This document shows positions 1-10,487 of a stretch of DNA of 64,000 nucleotides, in pieces. The stretch lies in NCBI RefSeq assembly GCF_029227855.1, contig NZ_CP074356.1. One strand, written 5' to 3'. A program made the position numbers and the translations under genes. This DNA comes from Escherichia coli (lineage in GTDB: Bacteria; Pseudomonadota; Gammaproteobacteria; Enterobacterales; Enterobacteriaceae). The notes below the pieces were generated by a model. It was not told the origin of the DNA and searched no databases. It saw nothing but the letters and a program-made list of their open reading frames with translations. Each line of letters opens with the position of its first letter. Position 1 is the first letter of the stretch.

Positions 1-408
1 TCCGCGCCCATCATTATATTGATGCTCATTGCCGCCGCCTTACTGGTACGCCGGATGCGCTTGCTGGAAATGGGCGATGATACCGCGTGTGCGTTGGGCG
101 TCAGCGTCGAACGTTCGCGGCTGTTAATGATGCTGGTGGCAGTGGTGCTCACCGCTGCGGCAACGGCGCTTGCCGGGCCGATTTCCTTTATTGCTTTAGT
201 CGCGCCACACATTGCCCGGCGCATTAGCGGCACCGCTCGCTGGGGGCTGACCCAGGCGGCGCTGTGCGGGGCGTTGTTACTGCTGGCGGCCGATCTCTGC
301 GCCCAACAACTGTTTATGCCGTATCAACTTCCGGTTGGCGTCGTTACCGTCAGCCTCGGTGGTATTTACCTTATCGTCTTGTTAATTCAGGAGTCTCGCA
401 AAAAATGA
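1..408 (+). CDS. fepG: Ferric enterobactin ABC transporter permease FepG, C-terminal part (5' end outside window)
   Basis: ORF 19..408 is hydrophobic permease-like and ends ...LIVLLIQESRKK; its stop overlaps the fepC start (ATGA at 405-408); operon context fepG-fepC. Confidence 0.85.
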   Translation, partial: SAPIIILMLIAAALLVRRMRLLEMGDDTACALGVSVERSRLLMMLVAVVLTAAATALAGPISFIALVAPHIARRISGTARWGLTQAALCGALLLLAADLCAQQLFMPYQLPVGVVTVSLGGIYLIVLLIQESRKK

Positions 409-1220
409 CCGAATCAGTAGCCCGTTTGCGTGGCGAACAGTTAACCCTCGGATATGGCAAATATACCGTTGCGGAAAATCTGACTGTAGAAATTCCTGAT
501 GGTCACTTCACGGCAATTATCGGGCCAAATGGCTGCGGTAAATCCACGTTACTGCGTACTTTAAGCCGCCTGATGACGCCTGCTCACGGGCATGTCTGGC
601 TGGATGGTGAGCACATTCAACATTACGCCAGTAAAGAGGTTGCACGCCGGATTGGCCTGTTGGCGCAAAATGCTACCACGCCGGGCGATATCACCGTGCA
701 GGAGCTGGTGGCGCGTGGACGTTACCCGCATCAACCGCTGTTTACCCGCTGGCGCAAAGAGGATGAAGAAGCGGTAACGAAAGCGATGCAGGCCACGGGA
801 ATCACTCATCTGGCAGATCAAAGCGTGGATACCCTTTCTGGCGGACAACGCCAGCGAGCGTGGATAGCAATGGTGCTGGCCCAGGAAACGGCAATTATGC
901 TGCTCGATGAACCAACGACCTGGCTGGATATCAGTCATCAGATTGATTTGCTGGAACTGTTAAGCGAACTGAACCGCGAGAAAGGCTATACCCTGGCGGC
1001 GGTGCTGCACGATCTTAATCAGGCCTGTCGTTACGCCAGCCATTTGATTGCATTGCGGGAAGGGAAAATTGTTGCTCAGGGAGCGCCGAAAGAGATTGTC
1101 ACTGCTGAATTGATCGAGCGCATTTATGGTCTGCGCTGCATGATAATTGACGATCCGGTTGCCGGAACGCCGCTCGTGGTGCCGCTCGGACGAACGGCAC
1201 CTTCAACCGCAAATAGTTAA
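405..1220 (+). CDS. fepC: Ferric enterobactin ABC transporter ATP-binding protein FepC
   Basis: Translation MTESVARLRGEQL... with Walker A GPNGCGKST and ABC signature LSGGQRQR; the ORF-track start at 264 is an upstream extension, ATG at 405 overlaps the fepG stop. Confidence 0.93.
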   Translation: MTESVARLRGEQLTLGYGKYTVAENLTVEIPDGHFTAIIGPNGCGKSTLLRTLSRLMTPAHGHVWLDGEHIQHYASKEVARRIGLLAQNATTPGDITVQELVARGRYPHQPLFTRWRKEDEEAVTKAMQATGITHLADQSVDTLSGGQRQRAWIAMVLAQETAIMLLDEPTTWLDISHQIDLLELLSELNREKGYTLAAVLHDLNQACRYASHLIALREGKIVAQGAPKEIVTAELIERIYGLRCMIIDDPVAGTPLVVPLGRTAPSTANS

Positions 1221-2350
1221 ACTAAGTGCTCTTCCATCACGGCATCCTGTTTTCTGGATGCCATCGCATGGCGCAACAGCACGCCACCACAAGCCACCAT
1301 CCCGCCGATCATCGCAGAAAGGATCACAATAATCGCCTTACCCGGACCGTCTTTTTTCACTGGCAATGACGGGCTTAACTGATATTTAAACGGCGTAAAA
1401 TTCACATCGTTGATATTTGCTTTTGTTAACTGCTCAACAAGATACTGACGATTACGTAATTCACCGTTCAGTTCCGCAACGTCAGTAACCGCTTTTTCAA
1501 TTTCCAGTTTGCGTTCAATACCGTCTGCGCCGAGAGAAATAGAGAAATCGGGGTCATCTTTAACGGCCTGACCATTACTGTAAACGGGCTTTTTAATTCC
1601 TGCCGCGTTAGCAATGTCGAGTGAATAATTGAGGCGCTGAATGTTTGCATCAAGTTGATTTTTCGTTTTAATGCGGTCCTGAGCCAGTTTTTCTTTTTCA
1701 AACTGGGTTTTGATCTCCAGTTTATTACGGACGTTTTCTATCGACTCTTTCACCACCAACGCAGAGATATAATCGATATACCCTCTCAAAACGGTCTGCG
1801 CCTCTTCACTGGTTGGCGCGGTAAAACTTAGCGTCCAGGAGTTATACAGTGACGGTTCATCTTTTTTCTTACTGGCATTGTCATCAACCGCTTTCATTTT
1901 TTCGCTCAATGCGACAATTGCGCGATGCAAATCCAGTTCGTCGATTTTCGCCTCTTTTAATTGGTCCATCACATAAGGTGTTGAGCGCAGGTACTCTTCC
2001 AGCAAGCTAACCGACTGAAACTTCTTGATAAACAGGTTAAATGCTTCTGTACGATCAATTTTGATATCCAGATCCAGCACACGAAGCTTAGTGAATGTTT
2101 TCTCAAGCGCCTGCCACTGAACAGGTTCTGGAGGCGTGACAACCGCCACGCTGGTCCATTTTTGCGGCAGGATGAAAGAGATCAGTAAACCTGCGCAGGC
2201 AAATGCAAAAATGACCGCCATGACCGTTTTTTTGGCCCGCCATAAAACTGCGATTAGATTAAGTAAATCAATTTCATTATTACTGGGCGACGCCAGAGGA
2301 TACTCGGGAAAATGAGCGTCACTTCCCTGTTTAATATTCAGTGATGACAT
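1217..2350 (-). CDS. fepE: Polysaccharide co-polymerase (Wzz-like) FepE
   Basis: 377-aa ORF MSSLNIKQGSDAHFPEYPLAS...; convergent with fepC, 4-bp overlap of the 3' ends. Confidence 0.92.
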   Translation of the reverse strand: MSSLNIKQGSDAHFPEYPLASPSNNEIDLLNLIAVLWRAKKTVMAVIFAFACAGLLISFILPQKWTSVAVVTPPEPVQWQALEKTFTKLRVLDLDIKIDRTEAFNLFIKKFQSVSLLEEYLRSTPYVMDQLKEAKIDELDLHRAIVALSEKMKAVDDNASKKKDEPSLYNSWTLSFTAPTSEEAQTVLRGYIDYISALVVKESIENVRNKLEIKTQFEKEKLAQDRIKTKNQLDANIQRLNYSLDIANAAGIKKPVYSNGQAVKDDPDFSISLGADGIERKLEIEKAVTDVAELNGELRNRQYLVEQLTKANINDVNFTPFKYQLSPSLPVKKDGPGKAIIVILSAMIGGMVACGGVLLRHAMASRKQDAVMEEHLV

Positions 2351-2520
2351 GGGGTATAACCTGAAAATGAGTCCAATAGGGGGAAATCTCCACGGCGCTC
2401 ACTTTACCAGTTGGTGAGAATTATCCGAAGCTGAAGTTTGTAAATTCCTTCCACTGAATGCAACATTCACTCTATTTAAGAGAAATATCCACCAAATCCA
2501 TAAATTAAATAAATGATAAA

Positions 2521-2550
2521 CCCATAATTATTTCCTGTAATTATGGGTTT
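2521..2550 (-). terminator. Candidate Rho-independent terminator downstream of entF
   Basis: Perfect 10-bp inverted repeat cccataatta/taattatggg with 7-nt loop; on the minus strand it is followed by a T-rich run, about 20 bp past the entF stop. Confidence 0.45.
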
Positions 2551-2565
2551 ATCGATAATATTAAT

Positions 2566-5500
2566 TTACCTGTTTAGCGTAGCGCGAATAATCGGCCCAA
2601 TTTTTTCAAACGCCCCTGGAGAGATAATATCCACATGCGCACAATCCTGACGATAGATATCCAGCTCCGCAATCCACGGCGACCAGGCGCGTTCGGGATT
2701 CATACCTTCCTGAAGCGTGCGTTCAGCAACAAACAGCGTCGCTTTACCGTCAAACGGTACACTATGAGCAGTCGTCAGCAGGCGCACAGCATCAGCGTAG
2801 TTGCCTTCAATGGTGGTAAACAACTCCGTTGAAGTACTTCCCTGCTGTGCCGCCAGGAAGGCCTCGCGCTCGCGGTTAATCTCCGCCAGCACTTCCGGGT
2901 CCAGGCCATTAGCCTCTTTTTCCTGCCAGTTTTGCGTTTCTGGCGGCCAGGTATCCAGCAAGCCAAAAAATGCCACCTGTTCGCCACGGGCACGCAGCCG
3001 CGCCGCAATACCCTGCGCCAGCGTACCGCCCAGCGAATAACCCAGCAGGTAATAAGGGCCGTGCGGTTGATGCTCAAGTAACGTTGCCAGATGCGCTTCG
3101 CAGACTTCATCCAGATTTGCCGCGGTCTGCATGGGGCCATTGGGGCGCGGCGACTGAATGCCGATAATCGACCATTGTGGATCGAGATAACGCGAGAGCA
3201 CGCTGAACTGCCAGGCAAAACCGGACGCAGGATGGAAACAAAACAGCGTCGGGCCATTACCTTCACGCAACGGCAGAATGGTTTCGAATCCCATGCGCCG
3301 GGAGCTGTCTTCTTCACCATCAATAATCGTTGCCAGTTTGGCGACAGTTGACGCGACCATCACCTGCCCCGGCGTCACCTGGCGGGTAAACTGCCGACTT
3401 AACTGCGCAGCCAGTTTCATTGCCAGTAGCGAATGACCGCCAAGCGCGAAGAAATCAGCATCGGCATCCTGCACGTCACAACCCAGCAACGACGAGAATG
3501 CCGCGGCGATAATCGTTTCACTGCCCGCTTTCGGCGCACGCCCCGGCGCTTGTGCCTTCAGTTCAGGCAACGGTAAGGCTTTGCGATCCAGCTTGCCGTT
3601 GGCGCTAAGCGGCAACTGCGGAAGTTGCAGCAGAACCACGGGCACCATATGCGGTGGCAATGTTTCGCGCAACTGCGCCTGCAATGCAGTGGTATCCAAC
3701 GGCAGGCCTGATTGCGACACCAGATACCCAACCAACTGACGCGCATCGCCTCCCGTTGCGGCAGCCTGGTTAATAACGCAGGCGTGGGTCACGGCCTGTT
3801 CAACGTCCGGCAGCGCCTGCATCACGCGGTCGATTTCGCCCAGTTCGATACGCTGCCCGCGAATTTTTAGCTGATCGTCACTGCGCCCGAGGTACTCCAC
3901 CGCGCCGTTATCCAGCCAGCGGGCAACGTCTCCGGTACGGTACATCCGTTCACCTGGGGCAAAAGGATCGGCAATAAAGCGGCTGGCGGTCAGATCGGGG
4001 CGTCCGAGATAGCCCTGCGCCAGTTGTATGCCAGTGAGATAGAGATCACCCGCCACACCTGGCGGCACCGGATGCATCATCGCATCAAGAATACGCAGGC
4101 CCGTATTCCACACCGGATAACCAATCGGCACACTACTGCCGCGCACCTGTGCCAGTTCCTCGCCAAAAGCCGGATACCAGCTGACATCTACCGCCGCTTC
4201 CGTCGGGCCATATAGATTATGCAACGGCACGCTGGTTAACTGTTGCCATTCGCGGCATAAATCAGCGGGTAAGGCCTCACCACTACAGAAAACCTGTTTC
4301 AACGTCGCGCAATTCTGGCGAGCGGTTTGCGGCGTCAGCGATGCAACAAATGCCGCCAGCATCGACGGCACAAAGTGCGTAGTCGTTACGCCATATTCGG
4401 CAAAGAATTGCTGCATAGCGAGCGGGTCGCGGTGCGCTTCCGGTTCAGCCATCACCAGTTTAGCCCCGGCAATAAACGGCCAGAAAAACTCCCACACCGA
4501 GACATCAAAACTGCACGGCGTTTTTTGGGCAACGACATCTTCGCCTGTAAGCGGGTAGTGGTTTTGCATCCAAAGCAGGCGGTTAACGATAGCCGTCTGC
4601 CCGACCATTACCCCTTTCGGCCTGCCGGTGGAGCCAGAGGTAAAGATGATATAAGCCGTGTGGTGCGGTTGTGAAAGTTTCAGCGGCGCACTGCCCTGCG
4701 GTGTAAGCGGGGCGTTATAGCAAAGGCTGGTTAAATCTGGAACATCGGCAAAGCGCGGCAGTTGATCGTCGGTGGTGATTAACAGCGACGGACGCGCATC
4801 TTCCAGCATCATTTTCAGGCGATCGTCCGGATAGCCGGTATCCAGCGGTAACCAGGCCGCACCAGCCTCAACAATTGCATGTAGCGCCAGAGTCAAAAAG
4901 ACCGAGCGCGGTAGCGCCACCGCCACGCTGTCGCCTGGTTTAACGCCGCGCTCACGCAGCAGATTCGCCAGCGCCACCACCTGCTCGCGCATTTCCCGAT
5001 AGCTAAACTGGTAACTCGCATCAACCAGCGCCGGAGCATGCGGTGTTTTTGCCGCTTGTTCTGCCACCAGCGCGCTCAGCGTGGTTTCTGGAATCTCAAC
5101 CTGAGTGGCGTTGATCTGCGCCAGCTGCACATATTCACCTGGCAGCATAATATCGACATCGCCGCACAACAGCGCCGGATCCGCGGCGAACTGGGCAATC
5201 AGCATTTTCAGGCGTTCAGCATGCTGGATTAACGTTGGCTCATCGTAACGCTGTTTATTGGCGAGGATCTCAATACTCAAATCACCGTGTTCATCCGGGA
5301 ACAGGGCCAGTTCAAGGTCATTAACCGGACCGGTTGCCAGGGTATGGGTTTGCGTCTGAACACCAGGAATATCCAGTTGGTAATCAAATACCTTGATATT
5401 GAGTACCGGACCGAACAGCGGTTCCTCTCCTGCCGCTCGCCCGCTGTCACGGACAATTTGTTCGGCATCGTAACGTTGATAACGACGCATTTTTTTCAGT

Positions 5501-6447
5501 TGTGCTGCCAGTCGGGTTGCCAGTTCCGGCAGCGTTTCTTGTGCCGCAATGTGAATCCCCAACGGCAAAACGTTGAGCACGGGTCCGGTAGCCGTCAGCG
5601 CCGCCGAGCCCAGTCGACGCATAAAGATAAATCCGGCGGCGTAGTCCATGCGATTGCACAATCGCCCCAGCCACAAGGCTGCCAACGCAAGTGCTAAATC
5701 GGTACGCTGCACACCTGAAAGTTGCGTAGCCAGCTGGCGGAATTCCCCGTCGGTAAACTCCAGTTTCAGGCGCAGAATATCTGCCGAGACGCTGCGCCCC
5801 GGTAAAGGTGCCGGAGAAAGTGACGCGGGCGGCGGCAGTTGACGACGCTGTTCCGTCCAGAATGCCGCATCACGCTGCCAGGCTTCGCTTTCGCGGTATT
5901 GCTGGTACTCTTCCACGACATCAGCGAAAGGCGTAAACGGCGAAGCAGGCGTTGGTTCGCCACGCAGCCATGCGCAGTAAATATTGGCGATCTGGCGGGT
6001 AATGGCCGGGAAACTGAAGCCATCGACCAGCAAATGGTGATAACGCTGATACCAGTACCAGCGGTTATCTGCCACCTGAATGAGCTGATGAAAGACCAGC
6101 GGTTTGCCGCTGTCGGCACGTAGATTTTGCTGTAAATCCGCCTGCATTAATGCCCGCGCAGTACCGTGCGGATCAATGTTGGTTCGCAGGTCGATAATTT
6201 CTGGCAGTTCGAACGTCAGCGCATCATCGACCCACTGCCAGACTTCGCCGTTATCTTCCGTAAAACGCATCCGCAGCGTATCTGCTTGCGCTATTCCGGC
6301 AACCACCGCGCGGGCCAGTAGTGGCGCATCAACCTCTCCGGTTAACTCAACGTAATGCGCCACGCTCCAGGCGGAGGGTAAATCCGACAGTTTTTCTGCC
6401 ATCCAGATGCCGGGCTGTGCGGCGACCAAAGGTAAATGCTGGCTCAT
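2566..6447 (-). CDS. entF: Enterobactin nonribosomal peptide synthetase EntF (C-A-PCP-TE)
   Basis: 1293-aa ORF; adenylation motifs (FTSGSTGRPKG), PCP serine (GGHSLLAMK), thioesterase GYSLGG; matches remembered EntF length and N-terminus MSQHLPLVAAQPGIW. Confidence 0.96.
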   Translation of the reverse strand: MSQHLPLVAAQPGIWMAEKLSDLPSAWSVAHYVELTGEVDAPLLARAVVAGIAQADTLRMRFTEDNGEVWQWVDDALTFELPEIIDLRTNIDPHGTARALMQADLQQNLRADSGKPLVFHQLIQVADNRWYWYQRYHHLLVDGFSFPAITRQIANIYCAWLRGEPTPASPFTPFADVVEEYQQYRESEAWQRDAAFWTEQRRQLPPPASLSPAPLPGRSVSADILRLKLEFTDGEFRQLATQLSGVQRTDLALALAALWLGRLCNRMDYAAGFIFMRRLGSAALTATGPVLNVLPLGIHIAAQETLPELATRLAAQLKKMRRYQRYDAEQIVRDSGRAAGEEPLFGPVLNIKVFDYQLDIPGVQTQTHTLATGPVNDLELALFPDEHGDLSIEILANKQRYDEPTLIQHAERLKMLIAQFAADPALLCGDVDIMLPGEYVQLAQINATQVEIPETTLSALVAEQAAKTPHAPALVDASYQFSYREMREQVVALANLLRERGVKPGDSVAVALPRSVFLTLALHAIVEAGAAWLPLDTGYPDDRLKMMLEDARPSLLITTDDQLPRFADVPDLTSLCYNAPLTPQGSAPLKLSQPHHTAYIIFTSGSTGRPKGVMVGQTAIVNRLLWMQNHYPLTGEDVVAQKTPCSFDVSVWEFFWPFIAGAKLVMAEPEAHRDPLAMQQFFAEYGVTTTHFVPSMLAAFVASLTPQTARQNCATLKQVFCSGEALPADLCREWQQLTSVPLHNLYGPTEAAVDVSWYPAFGEELAQVRGSSVPIGYPVWNTGLRILDAMMHPVPPGVAGDLYLTGIQLAQGYLGRPDLTASRFIADPFAPGERMYRTGDVARWLDNGAVEYLGRSDDQLKIRGQRIELGEIDRVMQALPDVEQAVTHACVINQAAATGGDARQLVGYLVSQSGLPLDTTALQAQLRETLPPHMVPVVLLQLPQLPLSANGKLDRKALPLPELKAQAPGRAPKAGSETIIAAAFSSLLGCDVQDADADFFALGGHSLLAMKLAAQLSRQFTRQVTPGQVMVASTVAKLATIIDGEEDSSRRMGFETILPLREGNGPTLFCFHPASGFAWQFSVLSRYLDPQWSIIGIQSPRPNGPMQTAANLDEVCEAHLATLLEHQPHGPYYLLGYSLGGTLAQGIAARLRARGEQVAFFGLLDTWPPETQNWQEKEANGLDPEVLAEINREREAFLAAQQGSTSTELFTTIEGNYADAVRLLTTAHSVPFDGKATLFVAERTLQEGMNPERAWSPWIAELDIYRQDCAHVDIISPGAFEKIGPIIRATLNR

Positions 6448-6662
6448 TGTGCCTCCTGCAACTGGGTGAAATTCGCCGGTGTCAGAGTACGCCAGTGGGC
6501 TTCAAGCCACTGCTGGCAGGACGCCTGTGACTGCGGCTGACACACAACGACCCAGCCTGCCGGTAAGGCGCATTGTTGCGGCCACAGACTGAATTGCCCC
6601 TGCGCATTGCGCAAAATGTTAAACGCTCCCTGCGGATCATCGAAGGGATTACTGAATGCCAT
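6444..6662 (-). CDS. ybdZ: MbtH-like protein YbdZ
   Basis: 72-aa product MAFSNPFDDPQGAF...SLWPQ...; ATG at 6660-6662 (the ORF track begins two codons upstream at a TTG); 4-bp overlap with the entF start. Confidence 0.88.
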   Translation of the reverse strand: MAFSNPFDDPQGAFNILRNAQGQFSLWPQQCALPAGWVVVCQPQSQASCQQWLEAHWRTLTPANFTQLQEAQ

Positions 6663-6664
6663 AT

Positions 6665-7867
6665 TCAACTCCTGTCATGGAAAAGTGGTTGCCAGAGGTC
6701 GATTAGCCCCTGCATCAAGCCACCGCGCCAACAAAGCGCATCATGTCCGCCGTCAACCTGACGCCAGAAAATGGATTCTTTTATGGGGTGTAATTGCGCA
6801 TACAGCGCCTGATTGGCCCGCATGATCATCGGCTCGCGAATACCCGCTTCCAGCATAATGCGCAGACCTTCGGCGCTAACTTCACCAGCTTTAAGTTGCT
6901 CAAGTAAAACACCTTCTTGCTGCCCGCCCCGATGAGGCCACCAGTACGATCCTGACTGGCTTAATACACAGCCAAAGCGTTCAGGCCAGTGCAGTCCGGC
7001 ATACAGCGCGGAAAGTCCACCAAAACTCTGCCCGGCGACCACGGTGCGATCGGCGCGATCGCTAAAAGGGGCAATAGCTTTCACCAGGGGTAATAACTCT
7101 TGCTGTACTGCCAGCCAGAAATCCGCATTACACGGCAGTTCGTGGGCGCGGTGCGTGGTGTCAATAGCGTCGATCAACACATACACGGCGGGAGGAAGTT
7201 GCTGACGATGGGTCAACGAAGTCAGCACAGGCCAGACAGGCATACTCTGCGCCCAAAATTCGCCATCGAGCAAAACTGCCAGCGGGCGTTCTCCTGCTGT
7301 TGCATCGCCGGTGGTAAAAATCCATACACGGCGTGAATTTTTCAACCGCTCACTTTTCCAGATAATTTCTTTGGCAGGCGTTTCTGGCGCTTGCGGACAA
7401 TCCCATCCCGGTTGTAGGGGCGCTTGCGGCATTTCGAGTGCAGAAACAGCGTGCCCTCGCCCGCCTTTCCAGCTTTGTGGATTCAGCGGATCGGCTATCG
7501 CCTGGGGCAATAGTTTTCGCCAGCCTTCACGTAATTCGAGGCGATCGGGGGATGGTGCAGAAAAAATGTCATCGCGTTCGGTGGGAATAAAACAGTAGCT
7601 GCCGCGCCAGTTGGCATTAAGTTGTGTCGTCCACTGCCAGACGTTGGTACCTGCAATTCGCTGCATCGACTGGGGCTGGCTGTTCTGATGGTGATCGGTC
7701 ACACCAGTGATGTAGACCCATACGCGCTTTATCGTCGAGTATTCTTCAGAACCTTGGGGATCACGCCACCAGAAAGTGACCTCAAACATTTCGTCATTCA
7801 GACGCTGCCATTCCGGGCCATGTTTCGACTGCCACCAGCTCTCACTTCCTACTTTTAACGCCGTCAC
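6665..7867 (-). CDS. fes: Enterochelin esterase Fes
   Basis: 400-aa ORF MTALKVGSESWWQSKHGPEWQRL... with esterase GQSFGG motif; the first codon appears to be GTG. Confidence 0.93.
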   Translation of the reverse strand: MTALKVGSESWWQSKHGPEWQRLNDEMFEVTFWWRDPQGSEEYSTIKRVWVYITGVTDHHQNSQPQSMQRIAGTNVWQWTTQLNANWRGSYCFIPTERDDIFSAPSPDRLELREGWRKLLPQAIADPLNPQSWKGGRGHAVSALEMPQAPLQPGWDCPQAPETPAKEIIWKSERLKNSRRVWIFTTGDATAGERPLAVLLDGEFWAQSMPVWPVLTSLTHRQQLPPAVYVLIDAIDTTHRAHELPCNADFWLAVQQELLPLVKAIAPFSDRADRTVVAGQSFGGLSALYAGLHWPERFGCVLSQSGSYWWPHRGGQQEGVLLEQLKAGEVSAEGLRIMLEAGIREPMIMRANQALYAQLHPIKESIFWRQVDGGHDALCWRGGLMQGLIDLWQPLFHDRS

Positions 7868-7916
7868 ACCATAACCCCATGTTTACTGTGAAATTTTTCA
7901 TTGATTGCAGAAATAT

Positions 7917-7939
7917 ATTGATAATATTATTGATAACTA
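7917..7939. promoter_or_regulatory. Fur box-like site in the fes-fepA divergent promoter region
   Basis: attgataatattattgataacta contains GATAAT-type hexamer repeats resembling the Fur consensus; located between divergent iron-regulated genes. Confidence 0.55.
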
Positions 7940-8109
7940 TTTGCATTTGCAATAGCGTAATGGCGCGCCGTGGGAAGCGCGGACATTAATTAACCAACTG
8001 CACTGCGTGTCTTTCAGGATCAAAGGTTTTCGCGGTAGCGGGATGCGTCGTGTTGATGACGACCATGCCCGACAGTTGCAATTCGTGGCAAAAATGCAGG
8101 AATAAAACA

Positions 8110-10350
8110 ATGAACAAGAAGATTCATTCCCTGGCCTTGTTGGTCAATCTGGGGATTTATGGGGTAGCACAGGCACAAGAGCCAACCGATACTCCTGTTT
8201 CACATGACGATACCATTGTCGTTACCGCCGCCGAGCAGAACTTGCAGGCACCTGGCGTTTCGACCATCACCGCAGATGAAATCCGCAAAAACCCGGTTGC
8301 CCGCGATGTGTCGGAGATCATCCGTACCATGCCAGGCGTTAACCTGACCGGTAACTCCACCAGTGGTCAGCGTGGGAATAACCGACAGATTGATATTCGC
8401 GGCATGGGTCCGGAAAACACGCTGATTTTGATTGACGGCAAGCCGGTAAGCAGCCGTAACTCGGTGCGTCAGGGCTGGCGTGGCGAGCGCGATACCCGTG
8501 GTGATACCTCCTGGGTGCCACCTGAAATGATTGAACGTATTGAAGTTCTGCGTGGTCCGGCAGCTGCGCGTTATGGCAACGGCGCGGCGGGCGGCGTGGT
8601 TAACATCATTACCAAAAAAGGCAGTGGTGAGTGGCACGGCTCGTGGGACGCATATTTCAATGCGCCAGAACATAAAGAGGAAGGTGCCACCAAACGCACT
8701 AACTTTAGCCTCACCGGTCCGCTGGGCGACGAATTCAGCTTCCGCTTGTATGGCAACCTCGACAAAACTCAGGCTGACGCGTGGGATATCAACCAGGGCC
8801 ATCAGTCCGCGCGTGCCGGAACGTATGCCACGACGTTACCAGCCGGGCGCGAAGGGGTGATCAATAAAGATATTAACGGCGTGGTGCGCTGGGACTTCGC
8901 ACCATTACAATCGCTGGAACTGGAAGCAGGTTACAGCCGCCAGGGTAACCTGTATGCGGGCGATACCCAGAACACCAACTCTGACTCCTATACCCGCTCG
9001 AAATATGGCGATGAAACCAACCGTCTGTATCGCCAGAACTACTCGCTGACCTGGAACGGCGGCTGGGATAACGGCGTGACCACCAGCAACTGGGTGCAGT
9101 ACGAACACACCCGTAACTCGCGTATTCCGGAAGGTCTGGCGGGCGGTACCGAAGGGAAATTTAACGAAAAAGCGACACAGGATTTCGTCGATATCGATCT
9201 CGATGACGTGATGCTGCACAGCGAAGTTAACCTGCCGATTGATTTCCTCGTTAACCAGACGCTGACGCTGGGTACGGAGTGGAATCAGCAGCGGATGAAG
9301 GACTTGAGTTCCAACACCCAGGCGCTCACCGGGACGAATACCGGCGGCGCTATTGATGGCGTGAGTGCCACCGACCGTAGCCCGTATTCAAAAGCAGAAA
9401 TTTTCTCGCTGTTTGCCGAAAACAATATGGAGCTGACTGACAGCACCATCGTAACGCCGGGGCTGCGTTTCGATCATCACAGCATTGTTGGCAATAACTG
9501 GAGTCCGGCTCTAAACATATCGCAAGGTTTAGGCGATGACTTCACGCTGAAAATGGGCATTGCCCGTGCTTATAAAGCGCCGAGTCTGTACCAGACTAAC
9601 CCAAACTACATTCTCTACAGTAAAGGTCAGGGCTGCTATGCCAGCGCGGGCGGCTGCTATCTGCAAGGTAATGATGACCTGAAAGCGGAAACCAGCATCA
9701 ACAAAGAGATTGGTCTGGAGTTCAAACGCGACGGCTGGCTGGCGGGTGTGACCTGGTTCCGTAACGATTATCGCAATAAGATTGAAGCGGGCTATGTGGC
9801 TGTAGGGCAAAACGCAGTCGGCACCGATCTCTATCAGTGGGATAACGTACCGAAAGCGGTGGTTGAAGGTCTGGAAGGATCGTTAAACGTACCGGTTAGC
9901 GAAACGGTGATGTGGACCAATAACATCACTTATATGCTGAAGAGTGAAAACAAAACCACGGGCGACCGTTTGTCGATCATCCCGGAGTATACGTTGAACT
10001 CAACGCTGAGCTGGCAGGCACGGGAAGATTTGTCGATGCAAACAACCTTCACCTGGTACGGCAAGCAGCAGCCGAAGAAGTACAACTATAAAGGTCAGCC
10101 AGCGGTTGGACCGGAAACCAAAGAAATCAGTCCGTACAGCATTGTGGGTCTGAGCGCGACCTGGGATGTGACGAAGAATGTCAGTCTGACCGGCGGCGTG
10201 GACAACCTGTTCGACAAACGTTTGTGGCGTGCAGGTAATGCCCAGACCACGGGCGATCTGGCAGGAGCCAACTATATCGCCGGTGCCGGGGCGTATACCT
10301 ATAACGAGCCGGGACGTACGTGGTATATGAGCATTAATACTCACTTCTGA
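8110..10350 (+). CDS. fepA: TonB-dependent ferric enterobactin outer-membrane receptor FepA
   Basis: 746-aa product MNKKIHSLALLVNLGIYGVAQA..., TonB box DTIVVTA, C-terminal ...YMSINTHF; the ORF-track start at 8050 is an upstream extension. Confidence 0.96.
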   Translation: MNKKIHSLALLVNLGIYGVAQAQEPTDTPVSHDDTIVVTAAEQNLQAPGVSTITADEIRKNPVARDVSEIIRTMPGVNLTGNSTSGQRGNNRQIDIRGMGPENTLILIDGKPVSSRNSVRQGWRGERDTRGDTSWVPPEMIERIEVLRGPAAARYGNGAAGGVVNIITKKGSGEWHGSWDAYFNAPEHKEEGATKRTNFSLTGPLGDEFSFRLYGNLDKTQADAWDINQGHQSARAGTYATTLPAGREGVINKDINGVVRWDFAPLQSLELEAGYSRQGNLYAGDTQNTNSDSYTRSKYGDETNRLYRQNYSLTWNGGWDNGVTTSNWVQYEHTRNSRIPEGLAGGTEGKFNEKATQDFVDIDLDDVMLHSEVNLPIDFLVNQTLTLGTEWNQQRMKDLSSNTQALTGTNTGGAIDGVSATDRSPYSKAEIFSLFAENNMELTDSTIVTPGLRFDHHSIVGNNWSPALNISQGLGDDFTLKMGIARAYKAPSLYQTNPNYILYSKGQGCYASAGGCYLQGNDDLKAETSINKEIGLEFKRDGWLAGVTWFRNDYRNKIEAGYVAVGQNAVGTDLYQWDNVPKAVVEGLEGSLNVPVSETVMWTNNITYMLKSENKTTGDRLSIIPEYTLNSTLSWQAREDLSMQTTFTWYGKQQPKKYNYKGQPAVGPETKEISPYSIVGLSATWDVTKNVSLTGGVDNLFDKRLWRAGNAQTTGDLAGANYIAGAGAYTYNEPGRTWYMSINTHF

Positions 10351-10389
10351 TGCTAACGTCAGATTGTTGACAAAGTGCGCGTAGTTCAT

Positions 10390-10487
10390 GCCGGATGCGG
10401 CGTGAACGCCTTATCCGGCCTACAAAAATCTTGCCAATTCAATATATTGCAGGACCACGTAGGCCTGATAAGCGTAGCGCATCAGGC
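10390..10487. repeat. REP/BIME elements (two REP palindromes) between fepA and entD
   Basis: gccggatgcggcgtgaacgccttatccggcctac and gtaggcctgataagcgtagcgcatcaggc are typical E. coli REP sequences. Confidence 0.8.

Noticed and set aside
264-404. Upstream extension of the fepC ORF (ORF-track start at 264)
   Set aside because: This stretch overlaps the 3' end of fepG in another frame; the ATG at 405 overlaps the fepG stop and gives the expected FepC N-terminus.
2775-6355. Multiple 60-180 aa ORFs on both strands within entF
   Set aside because: All are nested in the 1293-aa NRPS frame, which carries recognisable adenylation, PCP and thioesterase motifs.
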